DNA of 63,153 bases, counting the filler, from Octopus bimaculoides (lineage: Eukaryota): the NCBI RefSeq assembly GCF_001194135.2. It is 6 parts of 5 records of this genome, joined end to end, with 100 filler letters (N's around TTAATTAATTAA, not from the genome) between each part and the next. Parts side by side here need not be neighbours in the genome. Positions count along the whole stretch, not along the records: positions 1 to 28,768 come from NC_068996.1; positions 28,869 to 39,665 come from NC_068983.1; 4 more parts are not named here. One strand, written 5' to 3'. Shown one piece after another: positions 24,051 to 36,430 of the stretch. Numbering within the stretch: the stretch's first letter is position 1; every line of letters starts with the position of its first letter. Below the pieces are notes generated by a model. It was not told where the DNA came from, did no database searches, and worked only from the letters and a program-made list of their open reading frames with translations. Both the position numbers and the translations under genes were made by a program.

Positions 24051-24664
24051 TGTGTGTGTGTGTAGTTTTTGGGGATAAATAGGGACAACAAATCTCTACA
24101 TCTAAGAATATATATACATATATTTTTTATCGGCTATCAAGTTACATAAGTGACTCAAAAGCCAAAAGTTTCAATCATGGAACTAAACAATCGAACAGAT
24201 TAAAGTATGTGTGTGTGCATATATACATCTACATATATGTGTGTGTGTGTGCGCGTGCGTGTGTACATACATGCTTACATACATATATTGATACTTATAT
24301 GCATACATGCATGCATGCATGCATCCATACATACATACATATTACATACATAATACATACATACATACTTAACGCAATCTTTTGATTGGGAGTAAAAAAC
24401 TCAATATATTTAAAGTAAAGGGAAATGTGAGATTATGATGTTCATATTTTTCTCAGAGGAAAGTGAACAATTTACTTCACTTTACAACAGAAATTTATCT
24501 TCGACCGAAATTTGTAAGGCAAACTTAAGTGATGAATATTGGTGAAGTGCACAGCCTTATTTCGCTATGAATCACCTGCCACTTAAGCACGAAACAAATA
24601 TTCACGTTATCCTCCCTATAACAAACAAAAACAACAATAAAGGAGATCTCTATTTATCTAAGTA

Positions 24665-26057
24665 CTAGCAGCTAAGCCCGGTTTCACCCGGTCAGAGAAC
24701 GACGCGAAGAGAGAAACGAAGACATAAAAACGAGGAAGAAGTGGATATGAAGTGGTGTTTGGGCGACGGATCTTGGTAGAAAACAAAGAATGTCATGGTG
24801 AGTTAGTAAGGAGAGCAAAGCAAGACTGGACTTACGTGGGCTGGCAGGACGATGAAAAAATTGCGGAGTTGAAATTGGAGCAGTTGAAGTTGCCATTGTT
24901 ATCATTGGAGTGCCTCTTGGTAGACAACATTCTTCGTCCTTCCCTCGGGTGCACAAATAGAAAGACCATGAGGACAGCCAACGTACAGTTGTGCGTGTGA
25001 AAATACTTGCTCTGTCAGATTCNNNNNNNNNNNNNNNNNNNNNNNNNNNNNNNNNNNNNNNNNNNNNNNNNNNNNNNNNNNNNNNNNNNNNNNNNNNNNN
25101 NNNNNNNNNNNNNNNNNNNNNNNNNNNNNNNNNNNNNNNNNNNNNNNNNNNNNNNNNNNNNNNNNNNNNNNNNNNNNNNNNNNNNNNNNNNNNNNNNNNN
25201 NNNNNNNNNNNNNNNNNNNNNNNNNNNNNNNNNNNNNNNNNNNNNNNNNNNNNNNNNNNNNNNNNNNNNNNNNNNNNNNNNNNNNNNNNNNNNNNNNNNN
25301 NNNNNNNNNNNNNNNNNNNNNNNNNNNNNNNNNNNNNNNNNNNNNNNNNNNNNNNNNNNNNNNNNNNNNNNNNNNNNNNNNNNNNNNNNNNNNNNNNNNN
25401 NNNNNNNNNNNNNNNNNNNNNNNNNNNNNNNNNNNNNNNNNNNNNNNNNNNNNNNNNNNNNNNNNNNNNNNNNNNNNNNNNNNNNNNNNNNNNNNNNNNN
25501 NNNNNNNNNNNNNNNNNNNNNNNNNNNNNNNNNNNNNNNNNNNNNNNNNNNNNNNNNNNNNNNNNNNNNNNNNNNNNNNNNNNNNNNNNNNNNNNNNNNN
25601 NNNNNNNNNNNNNNNNNNNNNNNNNNNNNNNNNNNNNNNNNNNNNNNNNNNNNNNNNNNNNNNNNNNNNNNNNNNNNNNNNNNNNNNNNNNNNNNNNNNN
25701 NNNNNNNNNNNNNNTAAAAATCTGCAACTCGATAGCAAATATCTCCAAATTGATTAGAAATGCATAAATTTAATAATAACAATGTTTTTGAGATTCCGGT
25801 TCGAATGACATGAGTGTTTTTGTTTCACTTTTGACACGTAATACTTAAATAGTGGAGGAGATATGATGTTGTTGTGGGCTGGAAGTATGCAAGAAGTTAA
25901 AATTTTTTTTTTACTAAAACACAACCGGGACCCTAAGTAAGGCATGTGTAAAATTTGAATGAAATTGGTTGTGTAGTTCTGGAGTTTTAGGGATTCACAC
26001 AGACACACACACACACACACACACACACACATTTTCCGTTTTATATATATATATAGA
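24665..26057 (-). mobile_element. Non-autonomous Helitron with both termini and a helicase C-terminal relic (gap inside)
   Basis: 5' end A|TCTATATATAT at 26057. 3' end has hairpin CCGGGTGAAACCGGGC then CTAG|T at 24668-24665. ORF tail NLTEQVFSHAQLYVGC...ICAPEGRTKNVVYQEALQ* resembles the Helitron PIF1-helicase end (FSHGQLYV...TKNVVY). Confidence 0.85.
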
Positions 26058-28593
26058 TATAAACATGCATAAGGTCGTAAACCATCATAAGAAAATAATG
26101 ATAATTCACTGTAAACATTTAAAACCACAAATAGACTTTAAACTGTATCGGTCTTATAAATTATATTGTCTCTGAAATGATCTCCAGTTTCTCATCCATG
26201 GTTTTGTTTGTTTGTTTGTTTGTTTGTTTGTTTTTTGGTGGGGGAAGGGCAAAATTGATCCAACTCTGTTCGAAACGCCTTGCGGTAATTTAATTATGTA
26301 TTCTTTACGCTCTGCGTTAAAATCCCTCTGAGGTAAACTTTACCTTTTATCCAATCTCTCCTCGGTCGTAATGCAAGAATTTATATATGGAAGGTTATCA
26401 GTGAAATAGAGGTAAGTGTAACTACTAGATTTATTACTTCACTTCAGCAATGGAGTCAATGAAAGCTTTTAAAACTTGTTTTCGATGCAGTAGTGTCGGG
26501 TATTCGTATTTGGACACGATATCAAAACTGGACACACATATATTTCTTAGAAATGAAAGTAACATCAGTACTTTTGAGAATGAAAGGGCAGATAATTAGG
26601 TCAGTTTAAGGGTTAATGTTTTTCGTGTTTCTGCAGGACATAATGAATTTCACACCGTAGATGTATAAATTTAATATGAACAAAATTGTCAAGAAAATCA
26701 CGAGTCTTCAAAATAACGCGAAGCAAAGAAACAGCCTCAACCTCTCTGTTCCTTGCCTTTATCAGAAGTATATAATGATCCAACAATGAAACTTCTATGT
26801 AGTAGCTCATTCTACAAGACAGAACAGTCAAATTTCGCTCAAATCTAACTCAGCGGTCTTAATCAAGGACAGATACATAAGGTAATGTAGCACTGGATAC
26901 ACGTAAGACGCGGTCATCACGGCTGGAATTCATATGAACGTAGTGTTCCTTAATGAAACACGATATGGTGCAACACAAAAATAAACCAGTACATAAAAAA
27001 TGTATAAGACAACCAAATATTGTATTGAGTACATGATTAAAACCAGAAGAAGAATATGAGAACACCAATCCCTACCACCACACACACACACATAGCTGCG
27101 TGTATGTATGTACGTGAATGTATTGTCTAATCGAATGATTTTCTACTTGTTGAAGCATTGGGAGATATAAGATGATGAAATTTGTTTAACCATTGGAAAA
27201 ATCATATATCACAACAAATTGTTTCGTAACTTAAAGTATGCAAAGAATAATTTATTTTATTACTGTTTGCATTAATATACATAATCTTTTAAATCAATAC
27301 GGATTTAATCTGGCGAACCAAAAATCCGTGTTAAATGATATAGTTTCTTGTATAGTACTATATATTCTGTTTTGTAGAATGATACATTAAGGAGCTTTCT
27401 TTTTTTCATGAGTACCACCGGATTAGTTGAATCTATATATTGTAACTTAAATCAGGGTTAAATTAAGGTACATCAACGTGTAGCGATATAGATTGATATA
27501 TAGATATGCATATATATGTATATATATACATACATACATANNNNNNNNNNNNNNNNNNNNNNNNNNNNNNNNNNNNNNNNNNNNNNNNNNNNNNNNNNNN
27601 NNNNNNNNNNNNNNNNNNNNNNNNNNNNNNNNNNNNNNNNNNNNNNNNNNNNNNNNNNNNNNNNNNNNNNNNNNNNNNNNNNNNNNNNNNNNNNNNNNNN
27701 NNNNNNNNNNNNNNNNNNNNNNNNNNNNNNNNNNNNNNNNNNNNNNNNNNNNNNNNNNNNNNNNNNNNNNNNNNNNNNNNNNNNNNNNNNNNNNNNNNNN
27801 NNNNNNNNNNNNNNNNNNNNNNNNNNNNNNNNNNNNNNNNNNNNNNNNNNNNNNNNNNNNNNNNNNNNNNNNNNNNNNNNNNNNNNNNNNNNNNNNNNNN
27901 NNNNNNNNNNNNNNNNNNNNNNNNNNNNNNNNNNNNNNNNNNNNNNNNNNNNNNNNNNNNNNNNNNNNNNNNNNNNNNNNNNNNNNNNNNNNNNNNNNNN
28001 NNNNNNNNNNNNNNNNNNNNNNNNNNNNNNNNNNNNNNNNNNNNNNNNNNNNNNNNNNNNNNNNNNNNNNNNNNNNNNNNNNNNNNNNNNNNNNNNNNNN
28101 NNNNNNNNNNNNNNNNNNNNNNNNNNNNNNNNNNNNNNNNNNNNNNNNNNNNNNNNNNNNNNNNNNNNNNNNNNNNNNNNNNNNNNNNNNNNNNNNNNNN
28201 NNNNNNNNNNNNNNNNNNNNNNNNNNNNNNNNNNNNNNNNNNNNNNNNNNNNNNNNNNNNNNNNNNNNNNNNNNNNNNNNNNNNNNNNNNNNNNNNNNNN
28301 NNNNNNNNNNNNNNNNNNNNNNNNNNNNNNNNNNNNNNNNNNNNNNNNNNNNNNNNNNNNNNNNNNNNNNNNNNNNNNNNNNNNNNNNNNNNNNNNNNNN
28401 NNNNNNNNNNNNNNNNNNNNNNNNNNNNNNNNNNNNNNNNNNNNNNNNNNNNNNNNNNNNNNNNNNNNNNNNNNNNNNNNNNNNNNNNNNNNNNNNNNNN
28501 NNNNNNNNNNATATATATATATATATATATATATTCACACACATATACATACATACATGCATGCATGCATACATACATACATACATACATACA

Positions 28594-28624
<31 letters not shown>

Positions 28625-28729
28625 GTATGCATGTACGTGTGTATGTGTGCCTCATGTATGTATCTATGTTTGTATGAATGTGAATGTATGTGTGTATGTA
28701 CGTCCGCGTGTGAGTGTGTGTTTGTGTGC

Positions 28730-28768
<39 letters not shown>

Positions 28769-28868
28769 NNNNNNNNNNNNNNNNNNNNNNNNNNNNNNNN
28801 NNNNNNNNNNNNTTAATTAATTAANNNNNNNNNNNNNNNNNNNNNNNNNNNNNNNNNNNNNNNNNNNN

Positions 28869-28899
<31 letters not shown>

Positions 28900-29419
28900 C
28901 TTAGTAAAAATACTTTCTTCATCGAGTTAAGATTTCAATTTTTCGTCATTGTTGAATGTCTAAAGTAAGTTTGGTAACTAGTGTCCATACCATATCTCTT
29001 GGAGGAATCTATCAATGGTGTCTTGGATTTAACAGACAAGCGACGGTCTGTTCGATTCCAATACTGGTATCTGCTGAAACATTGGAGATATGAAATAATA
29101 ATAAAGTCGAGGTTTTGTTTAGAAAATCCGACCATTATGACGTCATAATAGAAATAGTTCAAAAGAATAAAGCTCCAACGCTGCCCATTAAGAACATCCT
29201 GTCTCTCTATTTAAATGATTAATTACTAAATAGAACGCTAATTATATGATGTCATAATGGAAAACAAGAGATAGAAAGAAAAGATTGAAACAAAATAGGT
29301 TTAAATGTTCGAATAAGATTGTTTTTGTTCTTTATTCCTAGAATCTGAAATTTATAAGAGAGATAATGAAAGTGAGAGCAAAAGGAATCTAAGTAGCTTT
29401 TATGTTTTTATCTTTTGGG

Positions 29420-29600
29420 AATTAGCAGAATCGTTATCCGGTCGGACAAAATGATTTGCCGTATTTCCTTCGGTTTTACGTTCCGAGTTCAAATTCCACT
29501 GACGTTGACTTTGCCTTTTGAAGTCGATCAAATAAATTAGCAACGAAGCATTGGAGTCGATAGTGTCGACTAACTCCACTTCCCAAAAAATTGCAGGCTT
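29420..29600 (+). mobile_element. SINE family A
   Basis: GCAGAATCGTTA...GAGTTCAAATTCCACTGACGTTGACTTTGCC. Confidence 0.75.
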
Positions 29601-29831
29601 TGAATCCTGTGACGGACTGCAACCGGTTCAGAGGCTATGTTCTGATCTCATGCAACCCGAGTAACCGGGCTAATGAGTCCCCGCGCTCGAGGTGCTGGGG
29701 GAATCGAAAAAGGCAATTCATAATTCAAAATGAAATAAAGACGGGTTTAGCGAAAATCAAAGATTGAGTTTGAAAGCGGATTAGATGAGACGCCAAAGAA
29801 GAAAGAGGGAGGATTCAGCAAGACATAAATA

Positions 29832-30022
29832 CCTTTCTATTATAGGCACAAGGCCTGAAACTTTGGGGGAAGGGTCAAGTCGATTACATCGACCCCAGTG
29901 CGGAACTGGTAATTAATTTATCGACACCGAAATGATGAAAGGCAAAGTCGGCCTCGGCGGAATTTGAACTCAGAACGTAGTGACGGGCGAAATGCATAGC
30001 GGTATTTCGCCCGCAGCGCTAA
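29832..30022 (-). mobile_element. SINE family A
   Basis: Reverse complement of the family A consensus (GGCAAAGTCGGCCTCGGCGGAATTTGAACTCAGAACG). Confidence 0.85.
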
Positions 30023-30609
30023 CATAGCAAGACATAAATATAAAAGCGTCTTGACCACAACGAAATGAGAAAAGGTTAGCGATGGCGGGTTGCTGCCAGA
30101 AGTCGTCTGTAAGTATTTTTAAATAATGTCGGAGATACGATTCGGAATATTGAAAATTGTACTGAAGCCCTACTTCGGCTCCTGATCTATGATGTTGAAG
30201 GGATTGTTTTATAATCGATTAATCAGAACTTAACTGTTGTTTCATTGACTCACAGAAGGGTGAGAGATCAAATCGATTTCAACCGTAATTGAATTTGAAA
30301 TATTAAGGAACGGAACTATTGCTTCTTAACCTTTTGGATAAGATCAAAATGTAGTTTGGAGGAACAAAACTAAATTGTCTGATTATAGTCTTGTGTTCTC
30401 TAGTTTCTGCACTGAATTCAGAATGGAAAGAGAAGTAGTTATTTGGTGGAAGGGATTTATATTTATCGTTCTGTGCAATGTCCCAGGATTCTAATGTTTT
30501 ATGAGTTATACTTCAATCATAAATGCCGTCTTTTATTTAGTAAGCTTTGTTTCGAGTCTTAGAACTCATCTGGTTACGCGGTTTCCGTGTCGTCTCGGTG
30601 ACCGAGATG

Positions 30610-30780
30610 GCAACACTGACCACTGTCCATTGAAGGGTAAACTCATTTACAGCTGAGTGGAACTAGAGCGACATGAAAGGAAGTGTTTTGTCCATGATCA
30701 CAACGAACCGATCGGCCCTTCAATCGAAACCACGACCTTTAGATCGAGCTCGCCGCGCTCTAATCACTAGGCCACATACC
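30610..30780 (-). mobile_element. SINE family D, degraded
   Basis: ACTCATTTACAGCTGAGTGGAACTAGAGCGACATGAAA..., reverse complement of the family D body. Confidence 0.65.
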
Positions 30781-31204
30781 ACCACTTGTATTTGTGATAC
30801 TCCAATCATAGATTATCTTTTATCACAGAAAAATAATCGATTGTTAGGTTAAATCATCATATTTAGAAAGAAATTAAATGAGATAAATACGTTTCCACGT
30901 TTCGGTTATTTGGGGCTCGGTATTGGCTGTTCCACGGGCGTTCGGATACCCACCCACAATGAATCATCAAAGAAACACTTTACTGGATTCTGTTACAGAG
31001 ATCAAATGTATGCGCCGCCTAGCGGAGAGATAACACATGGGAGATAATCAATTTTTCATAATATTTGGTCGGATTAAAGCAAGGAATACGGAAAAGGATG
31101 CAAAGAATACTCATTTATTTAATCGTTGCTTGTTACTTTATTATGAAGTTGTAAAATATTTAGTCCGAGATAATCATTTACAGCACTATTTAATTTTTTA
31201 TATA

Positions 31205-31420
31205 CAGTAATCTCTCGTCATATCGCGGTTCACCTATCGCGGTTTATTATTTAAGCTTACGTCGATTCCTCCGTGGTGTTGTTTGGCATTTATAATAAAA
31301 TAAATACAAATCATAAATAATAAAAAAGATATACAGTACAGTATTGTTTCTAGTTCGCGGATTTCCACCTATTGCGAGAGATTTTGGAACGTAAGACCCG
31401 CGATAGTCGAGGGATTACTG
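31205..31420. mobile_element. pogo/Tigger-type MITE
   Basis: TIRs CAGTAATCTCTCG..ATCGCGG / CCGCGAT..CGAGGGATTACTG with TA target duplication on both sides (31203-31204, 31421-31422). Confidence 0.88.
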
Positions 31421-33345
31421 TAATTGCAAAAGTGTTTTACATTTTTTCCGATTGAAATCCATAAATATTCAGTTTTCAAAATCGTAAATTTGACAGATTA
31501 ACTCTGAGTAACAAGACTGTCATTATTTATATATATTTCGTCATCCTTTTCGTAATCCTTTTCATCCTTTTCGTAATCCTTTTATACAGCACGATATTCC
31601 AGAAACAAAATTCTAAATAAAATTTAAGAAAACTATGAACAAACGAAGGAGTCTACACGTTGTTTCTTGACCTGAAAGTAATAGCAGCCAAATTTCTAAA
31701 GAACTCAGCCTAACACCTCAAAACTTGAAGTAGATGTTTTATGATATATTTCTAGCCACACCGAGTCAGGAAAATGACAAGTGTATTTCGACTGGAACGT
31801 CTCTGGTCATAGTTCTACTCAACCAAGATTACCCTGGGGTCAAACACACCACCAACAACTCGGTCACTGCAAGATTCATTCCATCCAATCTTTAAGCCTC
31901 TTCAGGAATATTATTCCTCCATTGACACATTTCCATAGATTAAGGTCTGATCTGAGAATATCTACCCATAATGCACTGTTTAAATGTATTCTTCGCCACA
32001 GTGATCCTCTCTCTGCGCACTTTAGTGTAACCAGCTTTTGAAGTTTCTATTTCTTAGGTTAAAATTCTGCTTGGAAAAATTATAAAATACCTGTAATACG
32101 CTGGGGTCTTGCCATGTGAATACATTTCCCTCTCTAAGAAAAGTGTTTTGGCACCAAGTGAAATAAATCGTTATAAATTTATGAATAAATGCGCCTGCTT
32201 CTCTGAGGGAATATTTACCAATAACACTTCAATTAGAATCGGTTCTATGATTCGAAGAAATTTATCATTACCATTATCTTCTTTCCCATCATTGCCAACA
32301 TCACGACCACCACCACCATCATTATCCTCATCATTATTAATATCATTATAACCACCACCACTAACATCCTCAGCAATACCCCTACCACTACCACCACCAC
32401 CACCGCTACCATCATCACCACCATAAGCATTATTGTCAACCAATATAACAAGATCCATAGGAATACCTGATCGCCTCAAGTCTTAATGCATTAACTAGAT
32501 AATTCTAAGGTAAGATTCTAAGAAATAAGAAAAATTCCGTTCCTTCCCCGTCAGCAGTTCCAGTTAAAATGTTCAACCATTTTATTGTCACAGAACCATC
32601 GACTGACCTACTAGAGACAGCTTCATGTCTTGCAGAGTAAACTTTGCAGGACAACTTCAAAATACAGTCTCTCTCTCTCTCTCATTTGTTGTCTCTTCTT
32701 TCACTCTCTCTCTCTCTTCTTTCTCTGTCACTCCTCTCTTTCAGCTACTCCTCTCTTTTTCTCTCCACTATCTCTCTCCCTCCCTCTCCCTCTCTCTCTC
32801 TCTCTCTGTCTCAATCCATTTATTTTATTGATATCTTCCAATCTTCCCCTGTGATTGACACTTCTTGTACATTGGAAGTAAGTGAGGAAAACCACGCTCA
32901 ATAGTTTATTTATTGGTCTAACACTGGACCATATCTTATCGATCATTAAATAATTAAAGAGTCACGCTTTACATAGTCTAGAATCAATAAAAGATTAAAT
33001 CCTAATGCTTTTCTTGCTGCTTTCACAAGGTACGAGACCTTCGTTTTATAGAGTAGGTTGGGCGGTTAATTAAACCAATCATTGCAATTAATTGTTTTTA
33101 ATTAATTGTTTTTAAAGGCTCGAAGAGATTTTCAAGGATTCGCTTTGGCAAAGGCAAAGTTATAACATTTATGACAATCCCCCGTGTTAGAAATATTAAA
33201 AATAGATTCGGAATTGGTAACAAGAAAGATATGAAATTACTATTTGTAAATCTCAGAACGTGAGATATTCAGCAACAGTACTTTGTAGTAAAGATTGTTT
33301 GCCAATATAACATGATAGTCCTGGTTTAGGACGAATGTGGCTGTA

Positions 33346-34213
33346 ATTAGTTTGTGATACATTTTCACATGTCATCTGTTAAAAGATCGACGAACTGGGT
33401 TTAGAGAGAGGAACACGAGATACTCTCAGAGACTGGGTCCAGTTTCGAGCTGTTTTGATTTGTACTTTGATGTATCATGTTAGACCAAGCTATAAAGCTC
33501 TCTCTCGTCCACGTTGACCGTTCTTCAGAGGTAAGCAGAAGGAAAATGTAATTCTCATTTATTCCTTTATTTGCCTCAGGTTAATCGTGATGTTGTTCAT
33601 GTTAACCTTAGATCAACCTTTATCCAGCAGACCTACGATAAAAGATTCCCTTGTTCGAAAATATAAGGACACCGATTGTGTCGTATAGCCAGCTGGAAAC
33701 GATGTCTCCTGGGGCTAAATTACAGCAACATTAGTCCTAAACCAGGACTGCCATGTTATGTTGGCAAATAATATTTACTTAGAAAGATATATTAATATCT
33801 GGTCGTCTCACTTCAATTTCATCTTGAATACTGTTGAAAATATTTGCACATTGTTCATTCTCATGTTCTCTTCGAAATCAAATACGTCGTATCAATCGAA
33901 CTGTCTTTAATCAGTGAGGGAATCCCTGAGCAGTTTGTCGACATACTATAAGAAGTGAAAAAAATGGTGTTCGCATTCGGACGGTCTTTTATCGTAGGTC
34001 TGCTGGATAAAGGTTGATCTAAGGTTAACATGAACAACATCACGATTAACCTGAGGCAAATAAGAGAATAAATGAGAATTACATTTTCCTTCTGCTTACC
34101 TCTGAAGAACGGTCAACGTGGACGAGAGAGCTTTATAGGGTATCTCGTGTTCCTCTTTCTAGACCCAGTTCGTCTTTTAACAGATGACATGTAAATGTTT
34201 ATCACAAACTAAT
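33346..34213. repeat. Long inverted repeat (arms about 33346-33645 and 33985-34213, 339-bp spacer)
   Basis: 33490-33645 is the near-perfect reverse complement of 33985-34138; 33346-33424 matches 34139-34213; 33285-33350 is also inverted at 33715-33775. Confidence 0.9.
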
Positions 34214-34569
34214 GTAGAGACTGAACCAGTTAACGTTACGTTAAGATAAGCTAAGTTTCTCTTCTCAAAACCAACCCTCCAGTAGGTTTCACCTTGGAAG
34301 ACACATCGCAGCTGACGGCTCCTAAATTTGCAACATTAAGACTAAGTTGTCTTTAATTATTATATTTTCTCAGTAATCAAATGGTTTATGAAAACCGTTA
34401 TTGATTATTGGAAAATCAATTCATGTTCGTACAGAAACCATTATCATCATCATTATCATCATCATCACCATCATCGTCAATAACATCATCATCATCATTC
34501 AAGATGGTGAATGTACATATTACAGATCACGTTAAATATGAGATTTTGGGTAACATTGGTTTCAGGTTT

Positions 34570-34782
34570 TTTGGGGTTTTTTGCACAAAGCCAATGATTT
34601 CGGAGTTGGGGGTAAGTCGATTAGATCGATTCCAGCATTTAACCGGTACTTAATTTATCGACCCCGAAAGGATGAAAGGCAAAGCTGACCACGGCGAAAT
34701 TTTAAACTCAGAACGTGAAGATGGGCGAAATACCGCTAAGCATTTCGCCCAGCCTACTAACGATTCTGCTAGCTCGCTACCT
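34570..34782 (-). mobile_element. SINE family A
   Basis: Reverse-complement match to the consensus. Confidence 0.8.
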
Positions 34783-35489
34783 TCAATTTTTTATATTTTC
34801 ATTCCTTGAAAACTTTTTTCCAAGGGTTAACACACCATTTCATTGAATAGCATATCATTATAAGAATAGGTTTTTAAAAAATATTCTTTTGTCACCTTGC
34901 TAATGACGTACATTCCAAAAGTCTGTCAATCGAATACTAGAAAACAGTTATATTTGGTGATTTTATAATTCATTTTTTAAATTAGATATAAACGAAATCT
35001 GATTTACTGCCGAATTCCCAAACTACTTCATCTCCTCACCCTATTTCCTAACAATTTTCATCAAACATCGAAATATCTAGCAGAGGAAGCTGCATTTATC
35101 GCTTTATCGCAACTTTGGAAATTTGTATGCAAAATGTTATTAATTTCTCGTAATTAAATCTTAGTTTTTCATCAATTTTTTCTCATTGACCTAACAATAT
35201 GAACCTCCCATAGGAGGCGCTCTTATAAAGATGAGCAATAAATTTGAACATTAAATAATGACATTCCGTACAATAAATAGTACAAAATTGATGTTTATAT
35301 ATACATATATGTTGGTATCACCATGACTAGTAAGAAACGTATGTGTGCATATGTGTGCATATGTGTGCGTGCGTGTGCGTGCGCGTGTGCGTGCGCGTGC
35401 GCGTGCGCGTGCGCGTGCGCGTGTGCGTGTGCGTGTTCTATCATTTTTAGCTTTTATTTATGTGTATGTATCGATCTGTGTGTCTTTTA

Positions 35490-35783
35490 CTTGTCTCAGT
35501 CTTTAGACTGCGGTGGTGAGGAAGACCGTCTTGAAGAATTTTTTTCCGAACTAATCAACTCCAGTATTTATTTTTTCAAGCCTGGTACTTATTCCATCGA
35601 TTACTTTTGCCAAACCGGCAAGTTACAGGGACGTAAACACGCTTACATTGCTTGTTAAGCAGTGGTGGGAGATAACCATAGACACACAGTTACACACACA
35701 CACGTGTGTGTGTGTGTGTGTGCGTGTGTGCGTGTGTGTTGCCGTGTACCAAATCTACTCACAAGGCTTTGATCGGCCCGAGG

Positions 35784-35835
<52 letters not shown>

Positions 35836-35890
35836 GATATTTTCTTAAGGTTCTGCGTAGTGCGACTGAACCCAGACCATGTGGTTGAGA
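35490..35890 (-). mobile_element. SINE family B with internal (CA)/(AT) tracts
   Basis: Homologous to 45708-46103 (ACCAAATCTACTCACAAGGCTTTGATCGGCCCGAGGCTAT...GACTGAACCC). Confidence 0.75.
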
Positions 35891-36024
35891 AAAGATAGAC
35901 GAACTGATTGAGAAAGATAAACGAAGTGAGAGAAATGCTCAATACATGTTGAAGAGGATATGGTTTGGTTTGTTTTAACGAAACTGAAAGTCGAGCCGCG
36001 TGACAGATTCATACATACATACAT

Positions 36025-36193
36025 TAAAAGTGCAATCTGTGAGTGGAACAGTAAAAATATGCAAGACTTTTCTGAAGTTCTAAACGTGAATCTGTCTGTG
36101 TTAACTACATGCCGAAGACGGAGCCTTGTATCTTTGTTGAAAACTGGCTCCCTCCTCCGTGGAAGATTCATAACAATTAAAAAATATATGAAA
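36025..36193 (+). mobile_element. Extremely 5'-truncated R4-like LINE inserted in (CATA)n
   Basis: LKVQSVSGTVKICKTFLKF* is homologous to the ORF end of copies A-C (LQIQSITGNVKICKTFQRFII*); (CATA)n at 36010-36024 and 36194-36212. Confidence 0.7.
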
Positions 36194-36244
36194 CATACAT
36201 ACATACATACATAGTGGTTATCTACTTATTCAGACCGTAGATCC

Positions 36245-36430
36245 ATCATAGCGTTTCATGTGGGTTTTTAAACCAGATAATATATTGAAAAGACACCCAC
36301 ATAGATTACATATCTGATTTGTACCACCAAGAGCTGCAGTTAAGTTTTGATCTTTGTAGATCTTAAAATGTCTTTTGAGGTCTCTGTTAGAATTGCAGAC
36401 CTTATGGCATACACGACATTGAAAGGTGTG
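36245..36430 (-). pseudogene. Two decayed C2H2 zinc fingers (LINE C-terminal fingers or a ZF gene fragment)
   Basis: FQCRVCHKVCNSNRDLKRHFKIY and ICNLCGCLFNILSGLKTHMKRY: C-x2-C-x12-H with the last His replaced by Tyr in both; no TGEKP linker. Confidence 0.55.

Noticed and set aside
26480-27060. Possible exon(s) with acceptor TTTCTGCAG and donor AAG|GTAATG
   Set aside because: All frames close soon after the acceptor and there is no identifiable homology; it may be an old DNA transposon.
32171-32479. Gly/Asp-rich and Val/Met-rich ORFs (also the Glu-rich 40169-40402 and Thr-rich 41248-41451)
   Set aside because: They derive from (CCA)n, (TCA)n, (CTT)n and (CAA)n repeats and have no splice signals.
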